A DNA stretch of 58,215 nt from a virus (IMGVR_UViG_3300042869_000303:1-58215), one strand, 5' to 3'; numbered from the stretch's first letter, positions 30,101-37,924 are shown. The notes: generated by a model from the letters alone, not told the origin. A program made the numbers and translations.

Positions 30101-31352
30101 TTCTCATGTTGTAAATGAACAAGCCGGTAATTACGCTCAGAGAATGGTTGACAGACAACAAAATATTTCTGATGCAGACCAAGCCGGAAAGTTATTTGCA
30201 GACAAGAATGATATTAAACAAGTGTTTATAAAAATGCTTATGCCTTTTGCAAGTTTTAGAATGAACCAAGCAACAAGGTTATCCAACGACCTTTCTACTA
30301 TTGGGTATTGGAATGTATCAACAACTGAAGACAAGATAATAGCAGCAAGGTCTTTAGCAGGATTTGCAGCAGAGATGGCTACGTTTAAAGTTATTTCCGG
30401 TTACATTTCTATACTATTAGGTACATTAACAAAGATGATAATGGGTAGAGAAGAAGAAGAAGAGGAATATGAAAAAAGAAAAAAGAATATAATTAAAGGT
30501 CAATTAACAGGAACCGTTACAGATATATTTTCTCCAATTCCATTATTAGATAAGCCTATTCAGGGGCTGACATACTATAGTCTTGATAAAATTCAAGATA
30601 TGTTGAATACTCCTGAAGACTCTAAGTTTAATATTTATAATGTTAAACAAGAAGAATTTATAAGAAGCCTTGGTCTGTTTGGTATTGCTGCAGACAGGGC
30701 AAATCAATTGGCTGAAATAGTGTATCTTTCTCAAACAGGTCAGTTCAAAGATAATTACGGGAACGATAAATATATAAGCCAAAAAGATCAATCTTTTATG
30801 GCTAAACTTATTGGTCCGTCAGTATTATCAAATTTTGGTCTTGCACCTTCTGAAGTTAGTAGCGTTATCAGGATGGCAATAAATGATGCTAAAAAGAAAT
30901 CATCATCAAAAGTGGGAGGAAAATCTGAAGAAGATTTATTGCTAGACAAAAAGGATAAAGAGGCTACGGCAGAAAATAAAATAAAGAAAGAGGAGAAAAC
31001 ACAGAAAAAAATAAAAGCATTAGAACAAATAAAAAAAGAGTTAATAAATTCTGACGAAAGTATAACGAATGAGATACAAAGACAGATAGACGAACTATCG
31101 ATGTCTCCTGAGCAGAAGAAGGCGTATGATGAGGATGAGAAAAATAGGGAGGCAAAACGATTAAAAGAAGAAGAGTATGATGCTTTGCTTCAGGGGTATG
31201 AGAACCAAACCGAAATGAAAAATGCAGACAAGGATTTGTGGGAAAAGACATTCGGACCTGAATCTCCTTATTCAAAAGAGAACTACGCAGAAAGAATGAT
31301 TAAGCGTATGCTTGAGAAGAAGATGTACCCTAAGAAAAAAGGTTGGGATTAA
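21198..31352 (+). CDS. giant internal virion (ejection) polyvalent protein
   Basis: 3384 aa; Gly-rich membrane hairpin (about 23365-23480), GNAT-like segment, HEVIH and HDAFGH metal-site motifs; last gene of the structural operon. Confidence 0.75.
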   Translation: MDEKAIDLLYKRAKSEGYTKSVDEFVVLLHNNDKAFNLMFSYAKENGYQKDENSFAELVGKKKSAAQPIPKSVFPVIPTIPTATESSAAVGSSASPKQPKPKSAFPVQPNIPSAPAASAPASPKKTGPVRSLVPISPEVGSSVSPKESKFNVEEFLKSTKQQPQKISSDNLVLPKFYDPVTDSKNIAETAKRKAENARLLNIQKIKDAQKKKEEDARIKAAAIGIVKTPEFQSKLTIVDDKLIDQDEDAVVTRMNREFGRYGFTFEKTGIGDAMIVRSFDGKHTLDVDLDPFKKSTEIEEASNLRKFLTSYAQEDFKIKDEDFLSQAYKAQNLRKVGRLNPDGTESTVKMTSFEQDGKFYAMPTLFPKDPNNYNTSPSTWDELSFDKALKVARERGELFQFKTDQEAKDFAKGSWKDVSTRDVEADKFYKSRGLDYISEKKRYDKYKELDDIIDFVEGNNEEGREGLKKTNPELFINGRLREDAEEYIKEIKNQRDALEPVVKDYGFFDDAKSEVARMDWDAKLAEREKEIVGQAIKINNEAKAIEYELDAKSIETFGIPAKDLLKYKNTDPNMQAEFDVITKEYYSVQQTQKEAATKFEVAKTYFDAKADKQINGELKENLRGFWNSTYDAYSQGLIGEQLLSFTMPGGKDVSSFADRKEAAEYIAKQYADMYNTESRAMARWRNTRGFQEGLGVIADDPAEFLSTWVATSVSQILPYGWKIIAGSTATGAGVGAAIGAPVGGVGAIPGLITGAGYGFRSGMAITNLAAEYTGAIMSAVESNGYNPMDPESLAEALGKKEIWDEGKNIGLTRGIPIAVVDMLSAGLAGRIFKPASALASRTKKIALGAAERLVIDPVAEGTGELFAQGAEIITGTGRKSIGWKEIAEETMGGLGNNTINWGMNTYKDLRDKNNIDIANSFTNIANISSESASDEKITTWVDNMLQLKKIDADVAQRINENVGLRREARELLEVGTNKNKNSEAVNRTMELLAARKELSSSQNRREIYRSKIQDINAELAIIGETKNTLPVDKAIDLSTIIGTTRQGTSQYSIDGRRFTKEQFIEKVKALPDEQLNRVVLGVKNDPETGKIIKQRYNAIQKQAAGQVPVQSETGVSQEVVEGEPQAEPQVLTKEGVQEEVDVDVESKINKMLSIDESDYDLVDEDGRPDTFEEDRLSKDQNVEITNKGATVFVKKEDNNEMYLYGLASENKNKGEASELLDKIISVADKMGYAIKLEAMAESGGLSQEELISFYKNKGFEFDGITGTRKAKAGQQGTTDVGQAGTAPTAPVRTEGSVANPALKDVKSTKRALDEMFNSRPAYALYKLVKNKFARAALKGVTFDLANANENRITAEAYHQAKKNGKNPELVKAVEELFGKQQAQESEQQTTESVLDKPIEEVSVEDIIAELNRIKNPLSSADISVAELNSDGEILDFIRRAYAVLKFLYPKATFEVYNTTKEYEAAGGRRNSRGEAMMNENGEHRILLNLEVIKEQGSAKTAFHEVIHPIVYDAFGASPEKLIPIWNELFRTMRNVKGMERVFSHVSRYPTNEIAVEGITETITQIAAGNIDLSSVPKSQANKFIELINKLFEALKIDFRINSINDFSEVSKKVKQAFETSNAESLKGIIKGGKNIDNYYKNLKNRDANPEAIEKLQKLLQEKLKIEVESGRLKQDNANKILKDNNIAAEESLTTKNKENEKVQSERTGDGAGRDIGRKITPLEGTPSVSGFNGPDEQLVAVAEKYAAENGIDLKRQSEYVEVDEERATRIADAYEQMANDPQNPKVKEAYQELIKQTMAQYQALVDAGYKFWFMDLNIPSNAEYAESPYNAMRDLRQNKTMGVFPTVDGFGTSDLDVSNNPLLEDTGLRWSVGGVDGERTIPVLANDLFRAVHDAFGHGLEGSGFRARGEENAWQAHVRLFTGPAVGAITSETRGQNSWVNFGPNGESNRTASTEDTVFADQKTGLMPDWTWTEGRAGDMKTEQEAKPTTEQIGVKELMTADTKTPTTLNKVLDLLNKAEESIDKFGKETAGVNIALPLAKVIIKAIKALVKTGITLQEAIRIVAEKNKVTEQDIIESIEILTQELNETNLPGYDRMMGEVNGIISKSQKRGVPFNTIMNNAMEYVKKSKVYENATDIQRESLVREIRKLFGKREKAAPSVSKVLGETKTKVTVDEMAALKSQIKLEARAAREAKLDLNGKRRMLSDAVRKMASTGKIPAKKVAAIINKIGKLNLDSYKSVQAFIDYAGKVFADAEYADKLSTAKSTKSEISSLSRNKEKNANLRDLAREFIKIDPSLVEDIDAYNEMASLIKESLKGSKIVGKKVNFAEIANIEKATEYIKETMNAQREALQKIASDEIQELMGVDPDDFTYEELLSLLQKDEPITKYNESIIRNLISKMFDINSSIIKSMIRTGVDAFTGDPVDFTKSQVDIITRFMDMNLDRLSAKEALQTVDALANFIQNKSTAKMESVLADYQGKVNAEAILKKGIFAVPLRKMFSKDFGRLLAEQTTNLGPLFTRLFKGVQRGGLVEEYMGVTKLTNSKALAETEANNIANDYVKQFYNKKANGEIFNTELNNIERGMASFMLRNVIGTDTEMQEEFDRRKRLIAESIDVLREGTEIEQKKAELYSKVFDKIVSESTNIQDIKDKTDVVNLDAVNFWVEQWSNKYDEMADVSLNVYNRVLGKDINYNPDKFVRLTRESGDVELSNNESAFHNNNGTIYKKESSGLMTAVKPKTLPKNTKNGEVSRYIDLSFDKNNANSMYDALVDIKTAASIRQIESFLNSSSFNKIIGTPEDAKILKERIQLYVSNIRNKNPYSSTDELSKTIRRLNKIAAIGVGQALGGVTQPLKQVIPVAINTLINAGSLDLGAVFNSSKNNFISNSGYAIANRGVESQALIDSINRIIEEAANSNGAKALRLIEEANQKWLKVFLVKPDVFIARASWLSYYEQSLKKQGIDTKGIDYDSHVVNEQAGNYAQRMVDRQQNISDADQAGKLFADKNDIKQVFIKMLMPFASFRMNQATRLSNDLSTIGYWNVSTTEDKIIAARSLAGFAAEMATFKVISGYISILLGTLTKMIMGREEEEEEYEKRKKNIIKGQLTGTVTDIFSPIPLLDKPIQGLTYYSLDKIQDMLNTPEDSKFNIYNVKQEEFIRSLGLFGIAADRANQLAEIVYLSQTGQFKDNYGNDKYISQKDQSFMAKLIGPSVLSNFGLAPSEVSSVIRMAINDAKKKSSSKVGGKSEEDLLLDKKDKEATAENKIKKEEKTQKKIKALEQIKKELINSDESITNEIQRQIDELSMSPEQKKAYDEDEKNREAKRLKEEEYDALLQGYENQTEMKNADKDLWEKTFGPESPYSKENYAERMIKRMLEKKMYPKKKGWD
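24487..24618 (+). CDS. nested 43-aa basic protein in the +1 frame of the giant gene
   Basis: ATG 24487 to TAG 24618 encodes MPFKSKQQVKYLYSQKPELAKKWSKENPKQNLKSLPKKVSKKK; A-rich leader. Confidence 0.7.
   Translation: MPFKSKQQVKYLYSQKPELAKKWSKENPKQNLKSLPKKVSKKK
26293..26484 (+). CDS. possible second nested +1-frame ORF (63 aa)
   Basis: Leader AAAAATAAAGAAAATG is almost identical to the leader of gene 642 (AAAAATAAAGAAATG). Confidence 0.4.
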   Translation: MKKYNPNEQETEQDGILAGKLRLLKARHQSRALTDRTNSLLPLPKNMQQKTESTSKDNQNMSK

Positions 31353-31765
31353 GTAAATCTAACGTACTTTAAGCTTTTCTGCTTGTCGTAGTAAGCCATC
31401 ATCTCACTATCATTAAAGGAATCATCTCTTGGGGCACGACCACCCCACTTGATGGTTCCTGCTAGCTTGTGGGTCTTGCCATAGATTATACCGTCCTCGC
31501 AGCACCATATTATTACTGAGGGAATCCTCTTGTCAATAAGCTTTACTATTTTCTTTGCAGAGATAGGTAACGGGTAAGCGTTCCTCATTGTCCTTATCCT
31601 GCCCTTCACCTCAGCGTAGGCGATAAGGTTGTTGTCCTTGTCGAATATTTTAAAGTCGACATCAAAAGGGTCAAGCTTTTGGTATGATCCTCCGAATGTT
31701 TTTACGAAAACCTCAATTGCTTTCTTCTCTCTTATGAGGTCCTGCTCTGTTTCAAAAATCATCAT
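31349..31765 (-). CDS. PD-(D/E)xK nuclease-like protein
   Basis: E...VDF...AEVKGR catalytic pattern. Confidence 0.6.
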   Translation of the reverse strand: MMIFETEQDLIREKKAIEVFVKTFGGSYQKLDPFDVDFKIFDKDNNLIAYAEVKGRIRTMRNAYPLPISAKKIVKLIDKRIPSVIIWCCEDGIIYGKTHKLAGTIKWGGRAPRDDSFNDSEMMAYYDKQKSLKYVRFT

Positions 31766-31946
31766 CCTTAATTGATTTAAGGGTGAACCTCAATTCCATG
31801 ACAAGCGTCCGTATAGTTACCTCTGCATCTTCAAAATCCCGGTCAACAATATTCTCGTATATTGAAGAGAGGGCTACATGATATTCTGTTAGCCTTAACA
31901 AAATTCTCATAGCCCTCTCTTGTTCAATCTTTTTATTGTCGTCCAT
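31752..31946 (-). CDS. hypothetical protein
   Basis: 64-aa helical ORF within the operon. Confidence 0.6.
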   Translation of the reverse strand: MDDNKKIEQERAMRILLRLTEYHVALSSIYENIVDRDFEDAEVTIRTLVMELRFTLKSIKDDDF

Positions 31947-31956
31947 TGTTTATGCT

Positions 31957-32472
31957 TTATGATTGCAGCTCCTTAAACATATGGTCTATCTTTTTATAGA
32001 CAAAGTCTTCTGCACCATCAGGAGTGTTCTCTTTTATTTTATCAAATATTTTCAAAAGTCTTTTGTTTGGTTCGGTAGGTTTCAACTCATTTTTGAGCTT
32101 TTCATTCTCTAAAATTAATCTTTCTACCTGACTTCTTAGCATCAAGGAGCTAAGTTTCGTGTTGTCTAAAAAACTATCCTTGTCATCCAATTTCAAAGCC
32201 TCTTGAAACATGTCCCTACAAACTATGTACTTTCTCATCAAACTATCGTCCTGAGCAAGTATGTCATCAGCCTTCTTGCAGTGATGCATTATTGTTGTGT
32301 GGTCATTATTCAAAGACTTTCCTATGCTTGAGAACGTATATCCCCTTCCTCTTAAAAGCATTCCGTATATCATTCTAGCGTCCACGGTCTCTCTTCTCCT
32401 GTTTGTTCTTGATATATCTATTCCGAATACGTTGTCTACTATATTTTTTAATAATTCCATTTCAGATTTCAT
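31957..32472 (-). CDS. DnaA domain-IV-like HTH protein with coiled-coil extension
   Basis: RRRETVDARMI...SSIGKSLNNDHTTIMHH matches the DnaA C-terminal signature R.R.....R...IG......DHTTV.H. Confidence 0.75.
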   Translation of the reverse strand: MKSEMELLKNIVDNVFGIDISRTNRRRETVDARMIYGMLLRGRGYTFSSIGKSLNNDHTTIMHHCKKADDILAQDDSLMRKYIVCRDMFQEALKLDDKDSFLDNTKLSSLMLRSQVERLILENEKLKNELKPTEPNKRLLKIFDKIKENTPDGAEDFVYKKIDHMFKELQS

Positions 32473-32484
32473 GGTCGATTTGAT

Positions 32485-32727
32485 TTAGATTGGTTTGTGA
32501 ATTTCTACTTTTAACCCGTGCTCTCTGAGCTCTTTGATTCTGTATTCTTGCAGCTTTGATAGCTTTCCATTCGGACCCTTGACTTCTACAAACAGGACGT
32601 TGCTGTCCCTAGGTAGAGCTAGGAGGTCAGGGATGCCGTTCTTATTCGTTGTTGTTAGCTTAATAACATAGTACCCCTGAGCCTCAAGCTCTTTTATTCT
32701 CCTTGTCTGTATCTGCTGCTCGGTCAT
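32485..32727 (-). CDS. VRR-NUC nuclease (putative resolvase)
   Basis: MTEQQIQ...GIPDLL...FVEVKGPNGKLSKLQ. Confidence 0.85.
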   Translation of the reverse strand: MTEQQIQTRRIKELEAQGYYVIKLTTTNKNGIPDLLALPRDSNVLFVEVKGPNGKLSKLQEYRIKELREHGLKVEIHKPI

Positions 32728-33011
32728 CTTTTGGTTGATTTGCCGTTGTGCCCATTGCGTGCCCGATTTGACTTTTTATTCTCCATAACTATCTTCCCTG
32801 ACTTTGTATGACTAGCATCCATGCCGTCCTTGTTACCGTAGGTTCCGGCTGCACGGTTCGCCTTGTTGAGTTCTACTCTGTACTTCTTCATCTTCTCAGA
32901 AGCTTGATACTTCTTGTCGTACTCTAGCTTGCTTTCTTTTTGAGCCTTGGTCATCCCTAGCTTATCGTAAGATGGGTGCTTTCCGGCTAACGTGTTCCTT
33001 TTGCTTTTCAT
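32724..33011 (-). CDS. basic HNH-like protein
   Basis: DGMDASH...SNRARNG resembles a minimal HNH; ATG at 33011 preferred. Confidence 0.5.
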   Translation of the reverse strand: MKSKRNTLAGKHPSYDKLGMTKAQKESKLEYDKKYQASEKMKKYRVELNKANRAAGTYGNKDGMDASHTKSGKIVMENKKSNRARNGHNGKSTKR

Positions 33012-33096
33012 GTTTATTAGTTTAAAAATACGGACACTGAGCCGCATATAATAATCACAAAAATAGTCCATATAACAATGTTAATTATCTTGTACT

Positions 33097-34563
33097 TCAT
33101 ATTAAGAAATCTTTTTTAAAATGGTTAACGGTGTAGTCCTTCTTTTTTGTTACAGCCTTGTAGATGTCCTTCTCGATGCCGCCCTTGGAAAAAATCCAAA
33201 AGACCTTGTTCTCTAGCCGATCCTTTGTTGTCATCCGGTCCTTGCTCTGCCAATAGCTAGTGGCGCTGAAGTCAATGTTGTAGTAGACCAAGTAGTCAGC
33301 ATGCTTCAGTGATATTCCCTCACGACCTGAAACAATCTGCAGCGCAATATTCTTGTCAGTTTCATCGAAGACACTAAGCTCGGTGGTCAGTTGGTCCCCG
33401 AATACCTCCTTGAGAGCGTTCAGCTCCTCCTTGAACTTGTAAAAGATACCAATCTTGCAGCCGCCAAAATGCTCCTTGATAAACTCAGCCTTGCTGTAGT
33501 CTACTATCATCGAGTTTCCGCTTTCAAATTTAATTGTTCCTGAGCAAAGTTGGTGTACTTTCATCATTAATTTTACGGGCGTGTCCCCAAGGATAACCTC
33601 CTCCTTACCCTCAACAACCAAGTCCTTCTTCAACTTTGCAATCAACTTATAGGTTGACTCCTTCATCTGAACCTCCAACACCTCCTCCGTAGTCTCAGCG
33701 TTGAATCCTGCCTCCTTCTGCGTGTAGCTGATGGTATATGGCTCCATGGCTGCAAGTATCGTATCTAAGCCTCTAGTGTAGTCGTTCATCAACAGACCAT
33801 TTATTTTCTTCTGCTTGACGTTGACGTATTTATCACAGAACCGATAGAAGCTTGAGAACTCCCTGAAAGGGTTGCCCGATATGCCGTACACCTGATGGTA
33901 CATCTGCGAGTATGACTCGGGGGTTGGAGTACCTGATAACAGTATCACCATGGGCTTCAAGTTATTGACTAGCTCCCTTACAGCGTTTGCTCTGTCACTT
34001 GGCTTAGGGAACGCTCCCATGCTGTGTGCCTCATCACAAATTATAAGGTCCCAAACCATATTGCTTGATACAATGTGCAGGCTTTCGTAGTTAATAACCA
34101 CTAGGTCAAAGGATGGGTTTAGCATTTTATAGTCAGCATGTATTGAGCCTATTGCCTTCTTCTTTGTTATGAACAGCACACGCTTGGCACCTACTACTTC
34201 AGCCATGGACAGCGATGTAAGGGTCTTGCCTGTACGTACCTCCATGGCTAGGTAGACGAACCCGTGCTTCTTAAGGATGGCGACACCCTTGCTTACGATA
34301 TCCTTTTGGTAGTCCCTTAGGACAACTTTCACTTCAGGCTCCGCTTCAAACAGCTCCTTGTAGTACTTGCAGCTCCTTACAACCTTATCAACAATCACAG
34401 GGTCTGACTTGTACTTGAGTATGTTCCTTATCTCAGCATTCTTTCCACGTCCAACGGTTACACTCTTTGATGACGTAACAACATCCTTTAGCATCACGCA
34501 CTGCAGCCACATCATCTCGTTTGAGTAGCCCAATATTCTTTCGATGTGTTCGTTTGGTGTCAT
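33097..34563 (-). CDS. SF2 (SNF2-like) helicase
   Basis: LRDYQ, EVRTGKT, DEAH, LSGTP, GREGISL, QSKDR motifs. Confidence 0.9.
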   Translation of the reverse strand: MTPNEHIERILGYSNEMMWLQCVMLKDVVTSSKSVTVGRGKNAEIRNILKYKSDPVIVDKVVRSCKYYKELFEAEPEVKVVLRDYQKDIVSKGVAILKKHGFVYLAMEVRTGKTLTSLSMAEVVGAKRVLFITKKKAIGSIHADYKMLNPSFDLVVINYESLHIVSSNMVWDLIICDEAHSMGAFPKPSDRANAVRELVNNLKPMVILLSGTPTPESYSQMYHQVYGISGNPFREFSSFYRFCDKYVNVKQKKINGLLMNDYTRGLDTILAAMEPYTISYTQKEAGFNAETTEEVLEVQMKESTYKLIAKLKKDLVVEGKEEVILGDTPVKLMMKVHQLCSGTIKFESGNSMIVDYSKAEFIKEHFGGCKIGIFYKFKEELNALKEVFGDQLTTELSVFDETDKNIALQIVSGREGISLKHADYLVYYNIDFSATSYWQSKDRMTTKDRLENKVFWIFSKGGIEKDIYKAVTKKKDYTVNHFKKDFLI

Positions 34564-34811
34564 AATTTTTCTATTTCTTTTTTAACTTCTTGCCAATATT
34601 TTTTATATTCTATTTGAGAATCTGTTATAGCAGGTCTTGAATTTATTATCTCATCAACTGCTATTAATGCACATTGTTTACATTCATACCAACTGAATGA
34701 TTGTGCTGCATTGTTTAATCCAAAAGAATAGTATTTTCTTACTAATTCTTCTGCTTCTTTTTTTGGTGTCACAAATATTTTAATATCTGTGACGCCTTTT
34801 ATTCTTTCCAT
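34560..34811 (-). CDS. hypothetical protein
   Basis: AT-rich 83-aa ORF (TPKKEAEELV...CALIAVDEII...YWQEVKKEIEKL) between primase and helicase genes. Confidence 0.7.
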   Translation of the reverse strand: MERIKGVTDIKIFVTPKKEAEELVRKYYSFGLNNAAQSFSWYECKQCALIAVDEIINSRPAITDSQIEYKKYWQEVKKEIEKL

Positions 34812-34816
34812 AGTTT

Positions 34817-37213
34817 TTAGTTTATAGGTTTCTTTTTAATGATTATCCAACGCCCTATGTGGTCCCTGCCCTCCTCCGGCTGAACGCCCTCCTTGAACAA
34901 GGCATATGATATAAGCCACTTGTAGAACCTCGTCCTGCTTATACTCATCCTACCCCTCGGTCCGTAGTCAGGATGCTCCTCAACAAAGTTGTAGTACAGG
35001 TCGTTCTTGTAAAGCCTCTGCTCCGCAAACAGTGAGTTGCTTTTGTCGTTACCCTCAACCAATCCGCACCACTCAATGAACTCGTGACAACTCTCTGCCG
35101 ACAACTGCCTAATCTTTAAGTTCACAAACGTTGACTTGACAAGACCCGTGGTCAGGTAGTTCTTCAGGCACCCAATCATGTAGTTGTCAAACTCGCACCA
35201 ATCTGCATCGTTCCAATCCCCGAACATCAACTTGCCAAACTCGTCCAATGGCGTATAGCTTTTAGTGTAGTACTGATGCAGCTCCAACTCCCACTTACGT
35301 CTTGCAAACGAGTTACCTGCTCCCTTGATGGCGTAGTTTGTTGTTATGGCAATCTTCGGTGACTTGCTGAACGGTATCTTGATGGCATCCTTGTTCTTCT
35401 TCTCCAATGTCAACCCCTCCGTAACAACCGAGAACAATCTCTCGAAGTCGAAGTGCTTCTTCACGTCATCAAAGCAAAGTATCTGCGTGTCCGCTGATAC
35501 CAACTGATATGCGAATGAACGCTCAAAAGCAAACGACTTACCATCGATAACCACCAACTTCTTCATCTTTGATAGCGCATTCATAATTAGCCCCTTGCCC
35601 GTGCCGCCCTCCGGATTGTCGCTTATCACCTCATCGTTCAGTATCACTGCCGGACAGAAAGATAGGTTCTTGTAGCCATGCATCAAGAATCCCAACGTAC
35701 TCTCCATTGCGCTTACCCTTTGTTCATCACTGCCGTTGATGTTTGAGATGAACTTTTTAAAGTCGCATCTCTCAGTAACGCTGCATATCGTAAAGTTCCG
35801 GTCAATCACATGGTCTTTCCAAACGTAGCCGCCAAGATCTAAGTAGTCAATTGGCGTAACCTCGGTCTTTGTAATCTTAACAGCGCAGTTCTTGTAGTAC
35901 AGATACGAGCAGTACTTTGAGTCCTCGATGAAGTAAATGTCAATCGTTGACAGCAACGAAAGAAACTCCTCCTTGAAGAACCTAGTGTTGTCAGCGAAGT
36001 AGTTGTACACACTGATGTCGTCCAAGTCAATGAGATAGGAAAGTATGAAGTCCTTAATCTCCTTGTCTGAAGTGTGGTCAATCAAGTTGTTTGTAACCTT
36101 CACGAACACGTAATTCTTCCCACCCTCGGGGCAGTACTTGTAGAAGCCATTGTCCTCAAGGAACTGCTTGAAAAGAACGTGAACTATTCTGATAACACCT
36201 CGCTCGTTCCTGTCCCAAAAGGTCTGCTTTGCGTTCTCCTCCTCAACCTTGTTCAGAACCGCATCGATAACGTTTGAGTCTAGGTTCGAGTCCTGAAGTT
36301 GAATCTTGATCTCCTTCTTAGAAACGCCTCTCCGTAGCTTCGCTTTTATTTGGTTTATGCGCTCCTCATCCTCGTAGTACTTAGTCCCAAAGTTCATCGT
36401 GTTCCTGTACGCTGAGTCAATCGTTATAGCAATCTCCTTGGTAGTAAAGTCTTCGCTAGAGTAGTGGTTCAAGACGTACACGGCAAGGCTCTTGTTGATA
36501 CCAAAGTCATTGAACGCCATGGCAAGGATATAAGCGTTGTGGTTTCGCTGACCCTCGCTCATCGGATACTTGTTTGTCCACCACTTTACGAGTATCTCCA
36601 CAATCTTGTTCTCGTCAGTAATTGGTATCGTGGGTTGGTCTCTGTTCTTACTAACCTCTGTGTACTCGGTCTCCTCTATAACGTCCCAAACAGATGAGTT
36701 CTCGTTGATGTGCAGCAGTGGGTCGTAAGACTCGTAGCAAACTCGGCTAAGGTTCTTGCTCGTCTTGTCGAAGTATGGTGAATTGAAGTGCTTCTCTAGG
36801 CTGTTGAAGTAGTTCACATGGTTCTCAGGGTCTTCAGGAACCTTAACCAATACCTTCAGCCCGTTACCTGACGGTGAGATGAATACAGAATAAACGTACT
36901 TGCTCTTCGACAAACTCTCCTTGTCCTGCAAAAGTTCCTTCTGCTTAAGGTACCCATCAAAGTCTAGGCATACCAACCCTGAGTGCTGAATCAACGAAGT
37001 GTCTAGTCTCTTGTTGAATGTGCCACTAAAACATATTGCAGGTAGCTGCTTCTTTAACTCGTTACGATCAGACTTATTGCTCTCTGACCTAATCTTTTTT
37101 ACCAACTCCTTTGTTGCTCCGTTCTTTATTCGCTCTAGTATTTTGTTGACCGGACGGAAGAAGGGAGTGTCCGTGTCCTTGATGTTTTGGAATATTGTTA
37201 CATTTGCTGTCAT
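34817..37213 (-). CDS. primase-helicase (VirE-N/BT4734-like + PriCT + SF3-like helicase)
   Basis: KKQLPAICFSG, LDFD, FISPSGNGLK, EGQRN, Walker A GGTGKG, FDD, ITTNY. Confidence 0.85.
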   Translation of the reverse strand: MTANVTIFQNIKDTDTPFFRPVNKILERIKNGATKELVKKIRSESNKSDRNELKKQLPAICFSGTFNKRLDTSLIQHSGLVCLDFDGYLKQKELLQDKESLSKSKYVYSVFISPSGNGLKVLVKVPEDPENHVNYFNSLEKHFNSPYFDKTSKNLSRVCYESYDPLLHINENSSVWDVIEETEYTEVSKNRDQPTIPITDENKIVEILVKWWTNKYPMSEGQRNHNAYILAMAFNDFGINKSLAVYVLNHYSSEDFTTKEIAITIDSAYRNTMNFGTKYYEDEERINQIKAKLRRGVSKKEIKIQLQDSNLDSNVIDAVLNKVEEENAKQTFWDRNERGVIRIVHVLFKQFLEDNGFYKYCPEGGKNYVFVKVTNNLIDHTSDKEIKDFILSYLIDLDDISVYNYFADNTRFFKEEFLSLLSTIDIYFIEDSKYCSYLYYKNCAVKITKTEVTPIDYLDLGGYVWKDHVIDRNFTICSVTERCDFKKFISNINGSDEQRVSAMESTLGFLMHGYKNLSFCPAVILNDEVISDNPEGGTGKGLIMNALSKMKKLVVIDGKSFAFERSFAYQLVSADTQILCFDDVKKHFDFERLFSVVTEGLTLEKKNKDAIKIPFSKSPKIAITTNYAIKGAGNSFARRKWELELHQYYTKSYTPLDEFGKLMFGDWNDADWCEFDNYMIGCLKNYLTTGLVKSTFVNLKIRQLSAESCHEFIEWCGLVEGNDKSNSLFAEQRLYKNDLYYNFVEEHPDYGPRGRMSISRTRFYKWLISYALFKEGVQPEEGRDHIGRWIIIKKKPIN

Positions 37214-37388
37214 TTCGTGTCGTTTTTGTGTATGATTTTAAACCCCTAACTTATTGATTATTAATACTTACGTCTTTTCTGTCGATTTTTTCTTCAAATT
37301 CTAGTGAGAAAAATAATAAAGAATAGAAGAAAGTATATATAATAATATAGGAAATTTTTTTTTGACATTTCTGTCATGGGAGAAGGAT

Positions 37389-37413
37389 AAAAATAGGGGA
37401 GCCTAAACTCCCC
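37389..37413 (-). terminator. Rho-independent terminator after ssb
   Basis: GGGGAG/CTCCCC stem followed by TATTTTT on the minus strand. Confidence 0.7.
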
Positions 37414-37439
37414 CGTTACTATTGGATTTAAAACGGGAA

Positions 37440-37736
37440 CTAGAAGGGTAACTCCTCTGTTTCCTGTGGTGCTGCCTTTGGTTTTGCTTTGGGGGCTGCA
37501 GCATTCAATTTAGGACTCTGTTCCGCTTGTGCTTCATACGTGTCTAACTCAACGTAATGGTTGCCGCTACGGGCTGTCTTGATGTTTAGGTTTACCCAAC
37601 CATTCCGCTCGTGTTGCTTGATGAAGGCAACCGCTTCATCCACTCTCATGGATAGTCTGCCGATTACGAAGTCGGGTGCTTTCTCATTTCTCTTGAATGA
37701 GAAGCCGTCTGCAAAGATTTTTTCGTCTTGTGCCAT
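37440..37736 (-). CDS. putative single-stranded DNA-binding protein
   Basis: Small beta domain, Ala/Pro linker and acidic EELPF tail; next to the recombination genes. Confidence 0.7.
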   Translation of the reverse strand: MAQDEKIFADGFSFKRNEKAPDFVIGRLSMRVDEAVAFIKQHERNGWVNLNIKTARSGNHYVELDTYEAQAEQSPKLNAAAPKAKPKAAPQETEELPF

Positions 37737-37818
37737 TGTGTGTTTTTTTTAATTGTTGTCCCAATCTGTTATCAATCATGCCGCCCTTGGGACTGAGCAA
37801 ACATGAAAGTATTTTTAA

Positions 37819-37905
37819 TAGTCAGTGCAGGATTCCAACCTGCATCCCACTGCTGTGCAGCGATGTTGCCCTAGATGGTTTTTAACCCACTTACACCAAC
37901 TGACT
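37819..37905 (-). ncRNA. tRNA-like element with no readable anticodon
   Basis: 7-bp acceptor stem AGTCAGT/ACTGACT, T-arm GCAGG-TTGGAAT-CCTGC, D-stem GTGT/ACAT with an oversized loop, 3-nt anticodon loop. Confidence 0.6.
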
Positions 37906-37924
37906 AATAGTGTATTTAAAGATA

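Noticed and set aside
285-31275. Numerous minus-strand track ORFs opposite the structural genes, plus-strand ORFs opposite 32-46 kb, and minus-strand ORFs opposite the fibre gene
   Set aside because: Antisense shadows of biased codon usage, without leaders or recognisable motifs
21198-31352. crAss-type virion RNA polymerase
   Set aside because: I found no convincing DxDxD catalytic motif in a double-psi-barrel context; a profile search would be needed to exclude it fully
37819-37905. Functional tRNA with an assignable anticodon
   Set aside because: The anticodon loop is 3 nt, the D-loop is oversized and the T-loop reads TTG instead of TTC; reported as tRNA-like only
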